Both the position numbers and the translations under genes were made by a program. DNA of 64,000 nucleotides, taken from positions 34,410,001-34,474,000 of the forward strand of contig CM069142.1 of the NCBI GenBank assembly GCA_035221665.1. Reading direction: 5' to 3'. The notes under the pieces are model-generated. The model was not told the DNA's origin and searched no databases. It worked only from the letters and a program-made list of their open reading frames with translations. This DNA comes from Okamejei kenojei (lineage: Eukaryota). Of this stretch, positions 1-11,800 are shown piece after piece (positions within the stretch are counted from its first letter, which is position 1; each line of letters begins with the position of its first letter).

Positions 1-215
1 CCCCGTACACTAGCACTATCCTACACTCTAGAGGAAATTTGCAATTTACGGAAGCCAATTAACCTACAGCCTGCATGTCTTTGTAGAAGGAAACCGGAGA
101 AAACCCACACGGTCACAGAGCGAATGCACAAACTGTGTAGAAACAGCACCTGTGGTCAAGATCGACCCCGTGCCTACGGTGCTGTAAGGCAGCAAGTCTA
201 CCGCTGCGCCATTGT
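1..215 (-). mobile_element. HE1/V-SINE (tRNA-derived), partial
   Basis: Reverse complement of tRNA-like head and V-domain. Confidence 0.7.
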
Positions 216-317
216 GCTGCCCATTGTATTGTGGATATAAATGGGATTGAATTGAATTGAATTTAGAATGTCCTGGGCCATTGATTAATCCAAATGATTT
301 ATCACCTTTCCTCATAG

Positions 318-617
318 ATGTTTTATATGAAGTGGAATGGTACTTCCAAGGAATTCATTTTAATGCCACTCTGAGTCCTTTGGTGTTGGTGGATCGGGGA
401 TCAGTAGTCACCTACCAGGAAGACTTTGGCACTCGTGGGATCAGCGTTGAACGAGTTAGCACGCACAGCTTCCGACTGCGAGCCCACTGTGTGGACCGTG
501 GCTTCACTGGAGATTATTTTTGTAAAGTGACGCCCTGGATAAAATATGAGACCGTAAAATGGGCCCAAATCCCTCCACAGGAATCCGCTCAGCTTTCCAC
601 GCGCATCGATATTTCAG
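318..617 (+). CDS. PTGFRN: PTGFRN (EWI-F/CD9P-1) penultimate coding exon, last Ig domain
   Basis: AG acceptor 316-317, GT donor 618-619, phase 1/1. Peptide (D)VLYEVEWY...ISVERVSTHSFRLRAH...GDYFCKVTPWIK resembles the last Ig domain of PTGFRN (SLERVS...GNYYCSVTPWVK, recalled). Confidence 0.88.
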
Positions 618-694
618 GTTAGTGGAGATTTGCTTGGAGATACCAGAGAAAAAATGTGTAGGGACGAACTGTAGGTGCTGGTTTACACCAAATA

Positions 695-1230
695 TGGACA
701 AAAAATGCTGCAGTCACTCTGCAGGTCAGACAGCTTCTCTGGAGAAAAGGAATAGGTGACTTTTCGGGTTGACTCCTCTCTTTAGACTGAGTGTCAGGTG
801 AGAGGGAAACCAGAGGAATGAAAAGGTACAAAGAACAAATGAATTGTGCTTGGGCAGCTTATAACCCAGCAGTATGAATCGTGATTTCTCTCATTTCAAG
901 TAACCCTTGCATTCCCTCTCTCTCCATCCTTCCCCCGACTAGTTGTCCTACCAGTTTCCACTGTCATCCTGCTTAGTTTCACTGTTTGTTTCACCTCTAT
1001 CGCCTTTTCCCACAGCCCACAATGGACCATTGTGGGCTCCACCTTTCTTGATCACCTGACTTTGATTTGTTCCTTTCGCACCTTTTATTCACTTGCTTTT
1101 TGTACCTTTTCATACCTCTAGTATCTCTCTCCCCTGACCCAGAAGATGGGTCTTGACCTGAAATTTCATCTATTCCTTTTCTCCAGAGATGCTGCCCTGA
1201 CCCGCTGAGTTACTCCAACAATTTATCTTA
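695..1230. mobile_element. Penelope-like element remnant: inverted 3' segment followed by forward 3' end
   Basis: Forward part encodes the decayed GIY-YIG C-terminus (CLGSL*PSSMNRDFSHFK*); an inverted copy of its 3' end lies upstream. Confidence 0.6.
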
Positions 1231-2024
1231 TCTACCAGAGAACTAAACTCCAGTGCTTTCGTTCACCTGTGTGAAAATATATCAGCTGAAAAAGGGTCCC
1301 TACCTGAAACCATCAGCCTATCAACTTCCCACCCCCCCCCCCCCCATATCCACCTATCACTCCCTGCCTGAGGTCATCTGTTGCCAGTCCTTTGTCCTGG
1401 CCTCTTCTTCCTTCCCCTTTCCTTCAATCAGTCTGAAGAAAGTCCTGACTCATAACGTCACCTATCCATGTTCTCCAGAGATAGACAATAGACAACAATA
1501 GGTGCAGGAGTAGGCCATTCAGCCCTTCGAACCAGCACCGTCATTCAATGTGATCATGGCTGATCATCCCCAATCAGTACCCCGATCCTGCCTTCTCCCC
1601 GTATCGCCTGACTCCGCTATCTTTAAGAGCCCTATCTAGCTCTCTCTTGAATGTATCCAGAGAACCCGCCTCCACCACCCTCTGAGGCAGAGAATTCCAC
1701 AGATGCTGTCTGACCCGCTGAGTTACTCCAGCACTTTGTGTTTTGTTTTGATTTTTCACCTTTAATTAAAACTCCTGAACGTTAGATTTTAAGTAAAGTG
1801 TTCAAATGTTATCGGGGAGGAATTTCAATCTTTGTTTCTTTCTTGAACATTGTTAGGAACCAAAAGAATGAGAGTTTAATTGAGCAGATGAGTGCATTAA
1901 AAAAAACCTGAATAATAAGGTCAAAATGCAAAGTGCTGGAGGAACTCAACGGGTCAGGCAGCATCTGTGGAGGGAATGAACAGGAAATGTTGCTGGCCGG
2001 GACACTTCTTTAGGCTCTCTGCCC

Positions 2025-2260
2025 TTCAGTGCCAGGGCCCTGGGTTTGACTGGTGCTGTCCGTACGGAGTTTGCATGTTTTCCCTATGACTACATGCATT
2101 TTTGCCGGGTGCTCCAGTTTCCTCCCACACGCCAAAGATGTACAGGGTTGTAGGTTAATTGGCTTCGGTAAAATTGTAAATTGTCCCCTAGTGTGTGGGA
2201 TCGCTGGTCGGTGCGGCCTCGGTAGGCCCAAGAGCCTGTTTCTGCTCTGTATCTCTGAAG
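2025..2260 (+). mobile_element. HE1/V-SINE
   Basis: GGAGTTTGCATGTTTTCCC V-domain and CR1-like tail. Confidence 0.7.
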
Positions 2261-2388
2261 CAAACTGATAAGATGCTAGTAATAGAAACGGGAAGTAGCT
2301 TAATGGTGTGAGGAATTGCATTCTAAAGATACTTGTACTGACATTTTTTGTTTCCACTTTTTGCTGTTTCCCTTCCCCCCCCCTCCAG

Positions 2389-2552
2389 TGCTAGATTCCT
2401 TCAAGATGCCGCTGTTGTATGGAGTAGTCAGTGCCTTACTGGTTGCAATTCTCGCCTGCACCATCGGTTATTGTGCCTTCCCAAAGCCTCCAAGAGGGAG
2501 GGCTGCACCCCTGGACGAGAGACGTGGGTTACTCCACAAATGCCTGAGCTGA
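2389..2552 (+). CDS. PTGFRN: PTGFRN last coding exon (TM helix and cytoplasmic tail)
   Basis: Polypyrimidine tract plus CAG acceptor, phase matches the previous exon. (V)LDSFKMPLLYGVVSALLVAILACTIGYC aligns with PTGFRN VLNAFKYPLLIGVGLSTVIGLLSCLIGYC; TGA ends at 2552. Confidence 0.88.
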
Positions 2553-2915
2553 GACGACCCCCAGCCACGTTCAGGACCAACGATTGAACGAGCCACTCAA
2601 ACTACCTGTACTCTGACACTTGGGGGAGGACAAGCAAAGCCGGATCTTTTAGATATTTACCACGCGCAGTGATTTGTAATTTAAAACAAAAAGCCATGTT
2701 CATTTTCTTTGCGTGGAGTAAAACATATTTTGGGAACGTCAGTGTGATTTTTTTTTGTTTTTAAGATTTTTTTAAAAAGATTTTTTTTGCGGTAAATTAC
2801 GCTACGATGACGTTGCCGATTTCCTCTCCTTTTGCCCAGTTTGAACGTGAAGAGCTGGACCCGGTCATGTTACCCGGTGTCTGCGGGTCGGACACCGTAT
2901 CACTGCGCTTGCAAC

Positions 2916-2921
2916 AATAAA
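2916..2921 (+). terminator. Candidate poly(A) signal of PTGFRN
   Basis: AATAAA about 365 nt after the stop, followed by GT-rich sequence, before repeats resume. Confidence 0.5.
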
Positions 2922-3061
2922 CGCGCTTTCGTTGATGTATGGATAAGTATTTGTTGAGTAAAGATGAGTTCCAAAGCACCATAAACAGTCATAGTCATCC
3001 GGCGTGGAAACTGGCCCTTCTGCAACGACTAACATGCCCCATCTATGCTAGTTGTACCCAT

Positions 3062-3690
3062 AGGGGCGGCACTGTGGCACTTGCTGCCTTACAGTGCAAG
3101 AGACCCGGGTGCTGTCTGTATGGAGTTTGTACGTTCTCCCTGTGACCGCGTGGGTTTTCTCCGGTTTCTTCCCGCACTCCAAGGATGTACATGTTTGTAG
3201 GTTAATTGGCTTTGGTAAAATTGTAATGTGCCATAATGTGGAGGATAGTGCAAGTGTACGTGGTCATCACTTGTCAGCACACTTGTCCTGGGCCTCCTCC
3301 ATGGCCAGAGTGAGCTCCACCGGAAATTGGAGGAGCAGCACCTCATATTCCACTTGGGCAGTCTGCACTCTAGCGGCATAAACATTGACTTCTCCAATTT
3401 CCGGTAGCCTTTGCTGTCCCCTCCCGTTCTCAGCTCTCCCTCTGCCCTCGGGCTCCTCCTCTTCCTTTCTCCTTTCTTCTCCCCACCCCACCCTACATCA
3501 GTCTGAAGAAGGGTTTTGGCCCAAAATGTTGCCTATTTCCTTCGCTCCATAGATGCTGCTGCGCCCGCTGAGGTTCTCCAGCACTTTTTGTCAATCTTCA
3601 ATTTTCCAGCATCTGCAGTTCCTTCTTAAACACGTGTCGGCACCGACTCGGTGGAGCGAAGGGCCTGTTTCCGCACTGTATCTCTGAAGC
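3062..3690 (+). mobile_element. HE1/V-SINE interrupted by a Penelope 3' fragment (~3280-3632)
   Basis: SINE head and V-domain; insert with KLEEQHLIFHLG-like GIY-YIG tail and hammerhead-like motif; SINE tail resumes at ~3635. Confidence 0.65.
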
Positions 3691-4369
3691 CTAAAGCCTG
3701 TATTTGGCTCGTATCCCTCTAAACCAGCCCTATCCATACTTGTCAAAATGTTTCTTAAATGTTGTGATAGTACCTGCTTGAACTACCTCCTCTGGCAGCA
3801 CGTTCCATACACCCACCATCCTTTGAGTAAGATAACTGCCTCTCAGGTTCCTATTACATCTTACCCCATCACCCTAAATCTACAGTATGTCCTCTGGTTC
3901 TTGATTCCCCTACTCTGGGTAAAAGACTCTGGGCATTCACCCTGTCTATTCCTCTCGTGACATTACAGAGCTCATTTTAGGCAGGGTGACAAGTTCCAAC
4001 CTAATGCTGCCGCAGCCTCTAGTTAAACATTGCATTCAGCACTTTTCTTAAACTCTTTCCTTGTGCACTAATCTACCCCAAAAAGCAAAGGGTTTTTTGT
4101 CTGCTGATGAGAGCAACATGATCTCGGCCATTTCCAGGGAGAGCCAGAAGTTCCATTTTAATTGGTTAATTTAAATAAGTGGAAACATTTCATTGCTGCC
4201 TTGAACATGTTGTAGGTACGATGAGGATGTTAAGAGGCTTTTAGATAGGCAGATGTATAGGCTGGAAGTGGCGATATGGTTCATGTTTAGTTTACTGTAG
4301 AGATACTGCATGGAAACAGGCCATTTGGCCCACCCAGTTCTTGTCGACTATTGATCACCCATACACACT

Positions 4370-4800
4370 CATACCTGCCAACTTGTGAGAATGAAAAATC
4401 GGAATCCTATTAGTCTGACGTCAGTGAGGGCGGGGCACGTGACGTCAGTAAGGGGCGGGGTACGTGACGTCAGTAAGGGGCGGGGTACGTGATGTCAGTG
4501 AGGGCGGGAAAGTGACGTCAGTGCGGGGGGGGGTAAGTGACGCCGAACGCCACCGTGGCGGGGCGGGGTCATGCGGCTGCGTGCTGACGCACACCCGTGC
4601 GTGCCCCCATAAGCGGCGCAGGCGCGGTGCGCTCTCTGGCTGTCTCCTCGTCGCCGCCGCCGCCATGGGTCGCATGCACGCTTCCATCCCAATTCCGAAT
4701 TCCAATTTTTTTCGGAATATTGAGGAAAAAAATCGGAATTCGGAATTGGGATGGAAAAATCGGAAGAATTCCGCCCAAATCGGAATGGTTGGCAGGTATG
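4370..4800. mobile_element. MITE, hAT-like, inserted in a minus-strand V-SINE
   Basis: TIRs CATACCTGCCAAC / GTTGGCAGGTATG; 6-bp TSD CACACT (4364-4369, 4801-4806); subterminal AATCGGAA repeats. Confidence 0.8.
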
Positions 4801-5469
4801 CACACTGGTTCTGTTATCCCCCTTTTGCATCCACACCCGACACAACGGGTAGTCAAGAGGTTAATTAACCTACGAACCTGCACATCGCTGGGATGTAGTA
4901 GGAAGCCCATGTAGTCACGAGGAGAACATACAAACTCCGCACAAACAGCACCCGAGGTCAGGATTGAACCTGGGTCTCTGACTGTGAGGCAGCAGCTCTA
5001 CCCGTTGCACCAGTGTGCCGCCCCGTGTGTGAAGGCAGATGGGATTAGTTTATCCTTGTATCGTGTTCGGCACAAACATTGAGGGCTGAAGGGCCTGTTC
5101 CTGGGCTGTACTGTTATATGTTCAATCCATGGGTTGAAATATATACCAGTGCATATTATACATAAATTAACATGTTTCAATACTGATCCAGTTATGAAAC
5201 ACACACTTTCTGTCAGGAAATGAAAGAAAAAGCAGGGTAAATTATTTGACATTTTCTATCAGGATTACGTTATTATAGGTGCATTGGCCCAAGGCATTTG
5301 GTCTGACAAATGTCCACCATTGCAAGGTACTCTAACTTTATAATTCCTGCATTTTCTTAAAGGTTCCTGGGCAATTAGACATTACTTGCCAGACTGGTAC
5401 ACAGGGCTGTACACTCCAGCCTTCAACCTGTAATAGCAAATGAAAAATCATCGTTATCTCTGGCTCGGA

Positions 5470-5850
5470 TACAAAATGCTGGAGTAACTCAGGGGATCAG
5501 GCAACATCTCTGGAGAAAAGGAATGGGTGGCGTTTCGGATCGAGAGCCTTCTTCAGACTCGGGGAGGGAGAAACTAGAGGTATGAAAAGGTACAAAGAGC
5601 AAATGAATGAAATGTGCGAAAAGAACAAATCAAAACCAACAACATTGATCAAGGAAAGGTGGAGCCCACAATGGTCCATTGTAGGCTGTGGAGAAGGCGA
5701 TAACGAGTAGATACAAACGGAACTAAGCAGGATGACAGTGAAACTAGTAGGCCGACTAGGGTGGGGGAGGGACAGAGAGGAAGGAGATGCAAGGGTTACT
5801 TGAATAAACACTGCTGGGTTGCAAGCTGCCCAAGTGAAATATATGGTGCT
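5470..5850 (-). mobile_element. Penelope-like 3' fragment
   Basis: Reverse complement matches the 3' region of the element at 58955-59960, including the hammerhead-like motif. Confidence 0.65.
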
Positions 5851-6156
5851 GAATCCCACGCGGGCCCAGGGAGAACGTACAAGCTTTGTACAGACAGCAC
5901 CTGGAGTCAAATATTTATCTTCGGCGAGAATATGGGCTGAATAAATGGGAGGGTAGTAGAAAGGGAATATTGGACGGACTTTCTTCCCACCATCATCAAA
6001 GTGATGAGACACTGAAAAGGCTGCCTTCCCAGTGGGGATGGAATGAAAAGTGGTGTTGCCGACAAAGATTAGCACGATGGTAAAAGCTGTGCGCATTTGA
6101 AATTTCAGCTTCTGCACCATCTGATGTCAGCCAAACTTTGGGAGGGAAATAAGAGA

Positions 6157-7106
6157 TATTATTACCCATATCACACATCTGAGGTATGCTTTTACAAAAT
6201 TGTATTCCCTTCGTTTTTACTGCCAGCAGGGGTAACAGGGGAATATTTTCTTGTATTCCCCTTTCTTGCGAACGCCTATGGACTTTACCTGTTAAAACAG
6301 CGGGGAATATAGTCTTATATTCCCCTGGTCTCACATCCGGGAACTTGGCAACGTGACGCTGCGTGGGAAATTTAGAATATTCAAACGGCAGACAGGAAGA
6401 CTGCCGCGTCCATTTTGGTTAAATTTTACGTGGAAGTCCGCCGAGCTGAGATGTTCAGATTTTCCTCTAGATGTCTGATATGGGTAATAATAACAATATT
6501 GACTGTCCTCTTTCGGGGGATACGACATATATTGCCCTCACTAGATCCATATTGCCCTCGTCTTCGACTCGGGCAATATGAATCTACTTCAGGCAATATA
6601 TGTCGTATCCCCCTCAAGGCCAGTCAATATTCTATTATTATTACCCATATCACACATCTGAGCTATGCTTTTACAAAATTGTATTCCCTTCGTTTTTACT
6701 GCCAGCAGGGGTAACAGGGGAATATTTTCTTGTATTCCCCTTTCTTGCGAACGCCTATGGACTTTACGTGTTAAAACAGCGGTAAATATAGTCTTATATT
6801 CCCCTGGTCTCACATCCGGGAACTTGGCAATGTGACGCTGCGTGGGAAATTTAGAATTTGTTCTCGACAAAACAAGCAAAATGGCAGCCTCCTGCGAGAA
6901 GAGGTTCGCGACTTTTGACAGAAGATTTTCCTCTAGATGTCTGATATGGGTAATAATAACAATATTGACTGTCCTCTTTCGGGGGATACGACATATATTG
7001 CCCTCACTAGATCCATATTGCCCTCGTCTTCGACTTGGGCAATATGAATCTACTTCAGGCAATATATGTCGTATCCCCCTCAAGGCCAGTCAATATTCTA
7101 TTATTA
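6157..7106. repeat. Tandem dimer of a palindromic ~470-bp unit, probable non-autonomous DNA transposon
   Basis: Units 6157-6635 and 6636-7101 are near-identical except for one unrelated internal segment; each contains a long palindrome. Confidence 0.75.
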
Positions 7107-7344
7107 ATCTCCTTCAAATATCCCTTGGGAGAAGAAAGGGCTAGTGGCTAGCATCACTGGAAGATCAGTCGTAAGGGACAGTCACAGGGTGAAATAATTA
7201 ATTAGCAATGTGACCTGTGCCACCTGTACTACATCTCTCTGCTCTACAACACTCCCCACAATGGTAGGGCTCTGGGGTATGTTTAGAGCAGAGGGAATCG
7301 AGGAGTGGACACAAAATGCTGGAGTAACTCAGCGGGTCAGGCAG

Positions 7345-8030
7345 TGAGTGGAGGTACATAGTTCCTTGGAAGTGGCATCACAGGTAGATCAGGTGGTTAA
7401 ATTGGCCTGATCTGTCGGAGTACTGAGTGTAGAAGTTGGGGGGTACACTGGAGAAACTCAGCGGGTGCAGCAGCATCTGTGGAGCGAAGGAAATGGGCAA
7501 CGTTTCGGGCCGAAACTCTTCAGACGTTGGGAGGTCGTGTTCCTCTTACATAAGATGTTGGTGAGGCCTCATTTAGAGTATTGTGTTCAGTTTTGGTCAC
7601 CAGGTTATAGGAAAGATATTGTCAAGCTGGAAAGGGTGCATTAAAAAATTGAGGATGTTGCCAAGACTCAAGGGCCTGAGCAATAGGTTGAGCAGAATAG
7701 GACTCTGCCCCTCATATGCACTTCAAGGAATAATCTTATAGAGGTGTACAAAATCATGAGATTAATAATGTAAGGTATTGCAGAGTAGAGGAATCGAGAA
7801 CCAGGGGACATAGGTTTAAGGTGAGGGGATAAGAACCTGAGGAGTAACTTTTTTTTACATAGAGGATGGTGAGTATATGGAACAAGCTGCCAGAGGAGGT
7901 AGTTGAGGCAGGTACTATTGCAACATTTAAGAAACAGTTCGACAGGTACATGGATAGGACAGGTTTAGAGGCATATGGGCCAAACACAGGCAGCAGATGG
8001 GGCATGTTGGTCGGTGTGGGCAAGTGACTC
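7345..8030 (+). mobile_element. CR1 LINE 3' fragment with nested Penelope-derived fragment
   Basis: [15 protein letters not shown]-type sequence and CR1 3' UTR. Confidence 0.65.
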
Positions 8031-8721
8031 AGCAAAAACAGTCACTACTGCCATTTCCTTGTTGACCTCTTTATCATTGAGTAGCAGTTAACTTGTTGTT
8101 CACATGTGTCTCACATTGCATTATTTAAATACCTCCATAATGTTAAAAAAAAAACTGGTTCAAACTCACTCAGGCACTAACCCGCCGTGGAGAATCACCC
8201 AGATCTGAACGTTCATTTGCAGCGTACTGCAATGGTTACAGCCTCTGCTGACTTCCCAGCTGCAGAAGTGACCACTGTTCTGTGTCGCACATCTGTGTGC
8301 GAGTGTGTGTGTGCAAATTTGTGCTCGTTTAATTAACGAGTGAAAATCTGCCAACCATGCATCGTTGGAATAATAGTTTGGTTTATTAGTTGAAATATTA
8401 GTTTTGTTTCAGCCTACCCTTATCGATTAAATTGCTCTCAGGATTATATCTTTTGTTGTTTCTTTTGGAATATTGTAAGTGCTAGAGTTAAATTGTAAAA
8501 CGGGTGTGTTTACATTATTAATACAGGTCCACCACTGATTTAGCGGCACCCTACGTTCCAGAACCTTTTTGGCCCGTGTGTGTAGGATAGAACTAGTGTA
8601 TGTTTGTGTTTGTTTCTTTCGAGGACTGTTTACGGAATTTCACCCTGTGGGGATTTAATTTGACACTGGTTGTACTGTGTGGTAAGTAAGCCACAATGAA
8701 ACATGCTTTCCAAGAATGCAT

Positions 8722-8774
8722 GGGGTGGAGGATTGCAACCTTCACGTGGTCCGCCCTGTTTCGACTAATGCAAT
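8722..8774 (+). ncRNA. Predicted minimal HDV-like (CPEB3-type) ribozyme
   Basis: P1 GGGGUGG/CCGCCCU with G1-U wobble, P2 AUUGCA/UGCAAU, P3 ACC/GGU, L3 UUCACGU, P4 reduced to U(UUCG)A, J4/2 CUAA with catalytic C. Confidence 0.72.
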
Positions 8775-8862
8775 AAACTCGAAGTGCACAAACGGAAGAT
8801 CAAATAGAACAAGTTGTCCCAACAACTTTAGGCTGTGCACGCCACACGAAAGAAGAAGAAGA
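8722..8862 (+). mobile_element. Short non-autonomous retroelement with HDV-like ribozyme head and (GAA)n tail, copy 1
   Basis: TSD AAGAATGCAT (8712-8721) / AAGAGTGCAT (8863-8872); near-identical to 16721-16854. Confidence 0.8.
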
Positions 8863-11800
8863 AAGAGTGCATCAGTACCATGCTCTCAAAAACAGATTTG
8901 CTGGGGAAAAGAGATAATTATACATTGTGCTTCATAATTGTCACCTTTTGATTTATTTTTCTCGAGCCTCTTATCTGTACTTTGCTGGGCGATTTCATAC
9001 GAGAGAACACAGCACTGCATACCACTCATTCCCTTTGTTTCTAAACTTAGTTACCTTCCCAAGTGCCCACAGTATTCCTTTCAGAGTACTGAGAGTTATT
9101 TTGGTCCCGACAAAGAATTATGCAATTTGCTAAGTGAACGAATTTGCCAGCTATTGTAAGGCATGTTTGTATGTCACATAGTATACTATCAAAAACAACT
9201 TGATCTAAATTGCAACCTTATGATCACCAGATTTATTCATGGATATGGATCATATGCAGACAGTTCTGGGCGTCATGTTTAGCATGGACATTGTGTGCTC
9301 TACAGTTCTGTGTTCGATATGCTTTGTCTTCAGCATCCTAAATGAACCTGAAGAAATAGCAAAATGTCAACACAAGGAACTGCAGATGCTGTTTCACACA
9401 TAAAAAGACACAAAGTGCTGGAATGACGCAGCAGGTCAGGCAGCACCTCTGGAGAACATGGATAGGTGACGTTTCAAGTCAGGAACCCTCGGGTCAGTTT
9501 TATTAAAAATTTTAAATTTTTTCTGTATTTTTTAAATTCCGCACTTTCCATTGCAATTTGCTATGTAAAGTAACTTTCCTCATTTGGTAAATCACATGGG
9601 TTTCCTCCAGGTGTTCCGCTGTCCTCCCACATCCCAAAGATGTGCAGGCTTGGAGATTAATTGGCTTCTGTAAATTGTCCTTACAATAGAACTAGTGTAC
9701 GGTCCGGTCAGAACTAGATTGTCGGCATGAACTCAGTGGGCCGAAGGGCCTGTTTCTATGCTGTATCTAAAGTAAATTTGTGTCCATCATTGCTGGTTGT
9801 TTGTCGGAGCATCTTATGTGGCACTGCACTTTCTAAATGCACACTAATCTTATATTAACTTGATTTCTGTGTCCCCCTATCCCTTTCCTGCCCCAGTGTA
9901 ATCCCATTTCCCCCACAATCCTGCCCCTTTTCCTTCCCTCCCCATCCCCAAACACCCCATTCCTCTTTACATTTCACTCCTCTTTTTCCCTCCTAACCTG
10001 ACACCCTTTTGTCTGCGTTTCATCTCTGGACTTTAGAGATACAGCTCCAGTGATACAGGTCCAGAGATGCTGCCTGACCCGTTGAGTTCCTCCAGCTCTT
10101 TGTGCTTTGTGCTTAACTCTCGCTGATTAAAAATCCTCATTGTTTACAGCTGTTTCTGATCTAGATCAGAGATGCATAGAATACAGTTGATGAAACAGTG
10201 ATGTCTTTATGTAGAATGCGTAGAGTAATTAGCTGATTGCCCAGGGCTGCTGGTGCTGCGGAAGCTGCTTGCTTTATGTTCAGAGCCAATTTCAGAGCGT
10301 CAGCTCAATGAACAACAAAACACTAAATGTCTCAAAATAGGTATTTAATATTCTGCTCCCCATGGATTAATGATGATAGTTTGTGCAGCGTACCAAGCAA
10401 AAAACCCTCCTTTTCCATACGAGTGAGTGGGTATATGGAACAAGCTGCCAGAGGACGTATTTGAGGCAGGTTCTAGACTTTACTTTAGACTTTTTAGAGA
10501 AAGAGACATGGAAACAGGCCCTTCGGCCCAATGACTATCCCGTACACTAGGGACCATTTACAATTTTTACCGAAGCCCATTAATCGTCAAACCTGTACGT
10601 CTTTGGAGTGTGAGAGGAAACCGAGGCACCTGGAGAAAACCCACGCGGTCACAGGTAGAACAAATATACTTTGTACAGACAGCATCCAAAGTCAGGATTA
10701 AACTCGAGTCGCTGTCACTGAAGCAGCAGCTCTACTGCACATAAACAATACACTATTGTACTATAACAGCATTTAAAATACACTTGGACGGGTACATGGA
10801 TAGGAAAGATTTAGAGGGATGTTGGCAAGTGTGACCAGCTTAGATGGGGCATCTTGGCTGGCATGGGTAAGTTGGGCTGAAGGGACTGTTTCCATACTGG
10901 AAAAACTGTGACTCTAAAAGAGTGCCTTTTCCTCCAACTGATGTATATAAGTTTGTCTACTTGTAATACTGAGTCTTCATAAGTCCTTGCAAAACCTTTA
11001 TTGTGTGCAGTTGTGGTTGTTGCTTTACAGGAAGGGTGTAGAGGCAAGGAGAAGGCGCCGAGGAGGTTTACCTCCTGGATTGGAAGGTTTAAACTATAAG
11101 GAGAGGATGGTCAAACTTAGATTGTTTTGTCTGAACTGTAAGAGGCTGAGGGGAGGTCTGGTAGAAGTATACACAATTATGTAAAGCGTACTGTAGATAG
11201 GGTAGACAGAACCTGTTTCCCAGGAAGGTCATGTCAAAGGCGAGTTGGTGAGAGGACGGTTCATTTGCCTGACAACAGCTGGGATGACACTGTCCCTGAA
11301 TCTGGAGGTGTGTGTTTTCAAACTTCTGCACCTCTTTCCTGATGGGAACAGGGAGAGGAAGGAATGACCGGGGTGAGGCTCATCCTTGATTATGCTTGTG
11401 GCCTTGCCGTGGCAGTGTGAAGTGTAGATGGAGTCGATGGAAGGGAGGTTGGTTTTGCATGATGGTCTGGGCTATGAAAGCTTTGGTTTTTGACACAATT
11501 ATAGCAAGATGCAAAGTATTATAAAATATTTTGTTTAATTAACAATTGTTTAATTATCTCACAATTTCTGAGCACGTTGGAAGACTGCAAAAAAGAAAGA
11601 TGACAGATGTTCTCTTTTCAGGGGGTGAGGGTTATGAGAGGCTTTCAATTTAAATGAGTCGGTGGAGTGAACATGGAGAAACATCAAGTGAAAGGGAATG
11701 GTACTAAGTTGGCATCCACTGCCTGAATGAGCAGAGGAAGCATATTCAAAAGTAATATTTCAAAAGGGAATTAGATTAAAAAAATATATATAAAAAGGAA

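Noticed and set aside
2800-2900. SECIS or other structured element in the PTGFRN 3' UTR
   Set aside because: Only a short GGTGTC/GACACC hairpin; no SECIS core geometry.
6157-7106. CRISPR-like repeat-spacer array
   Set aside because: Repeats are about 400 bp, there are only two units, the context is eukaryotic and there are no cas genes.
8716-8937. Similar short peptides (…EDCNLHVVRPVSTNAINS…) at 8716 and 16652 as a gene family
   Set aside because: They are translations of the ribozyme-headed repeat, with unrelated starts and ends.
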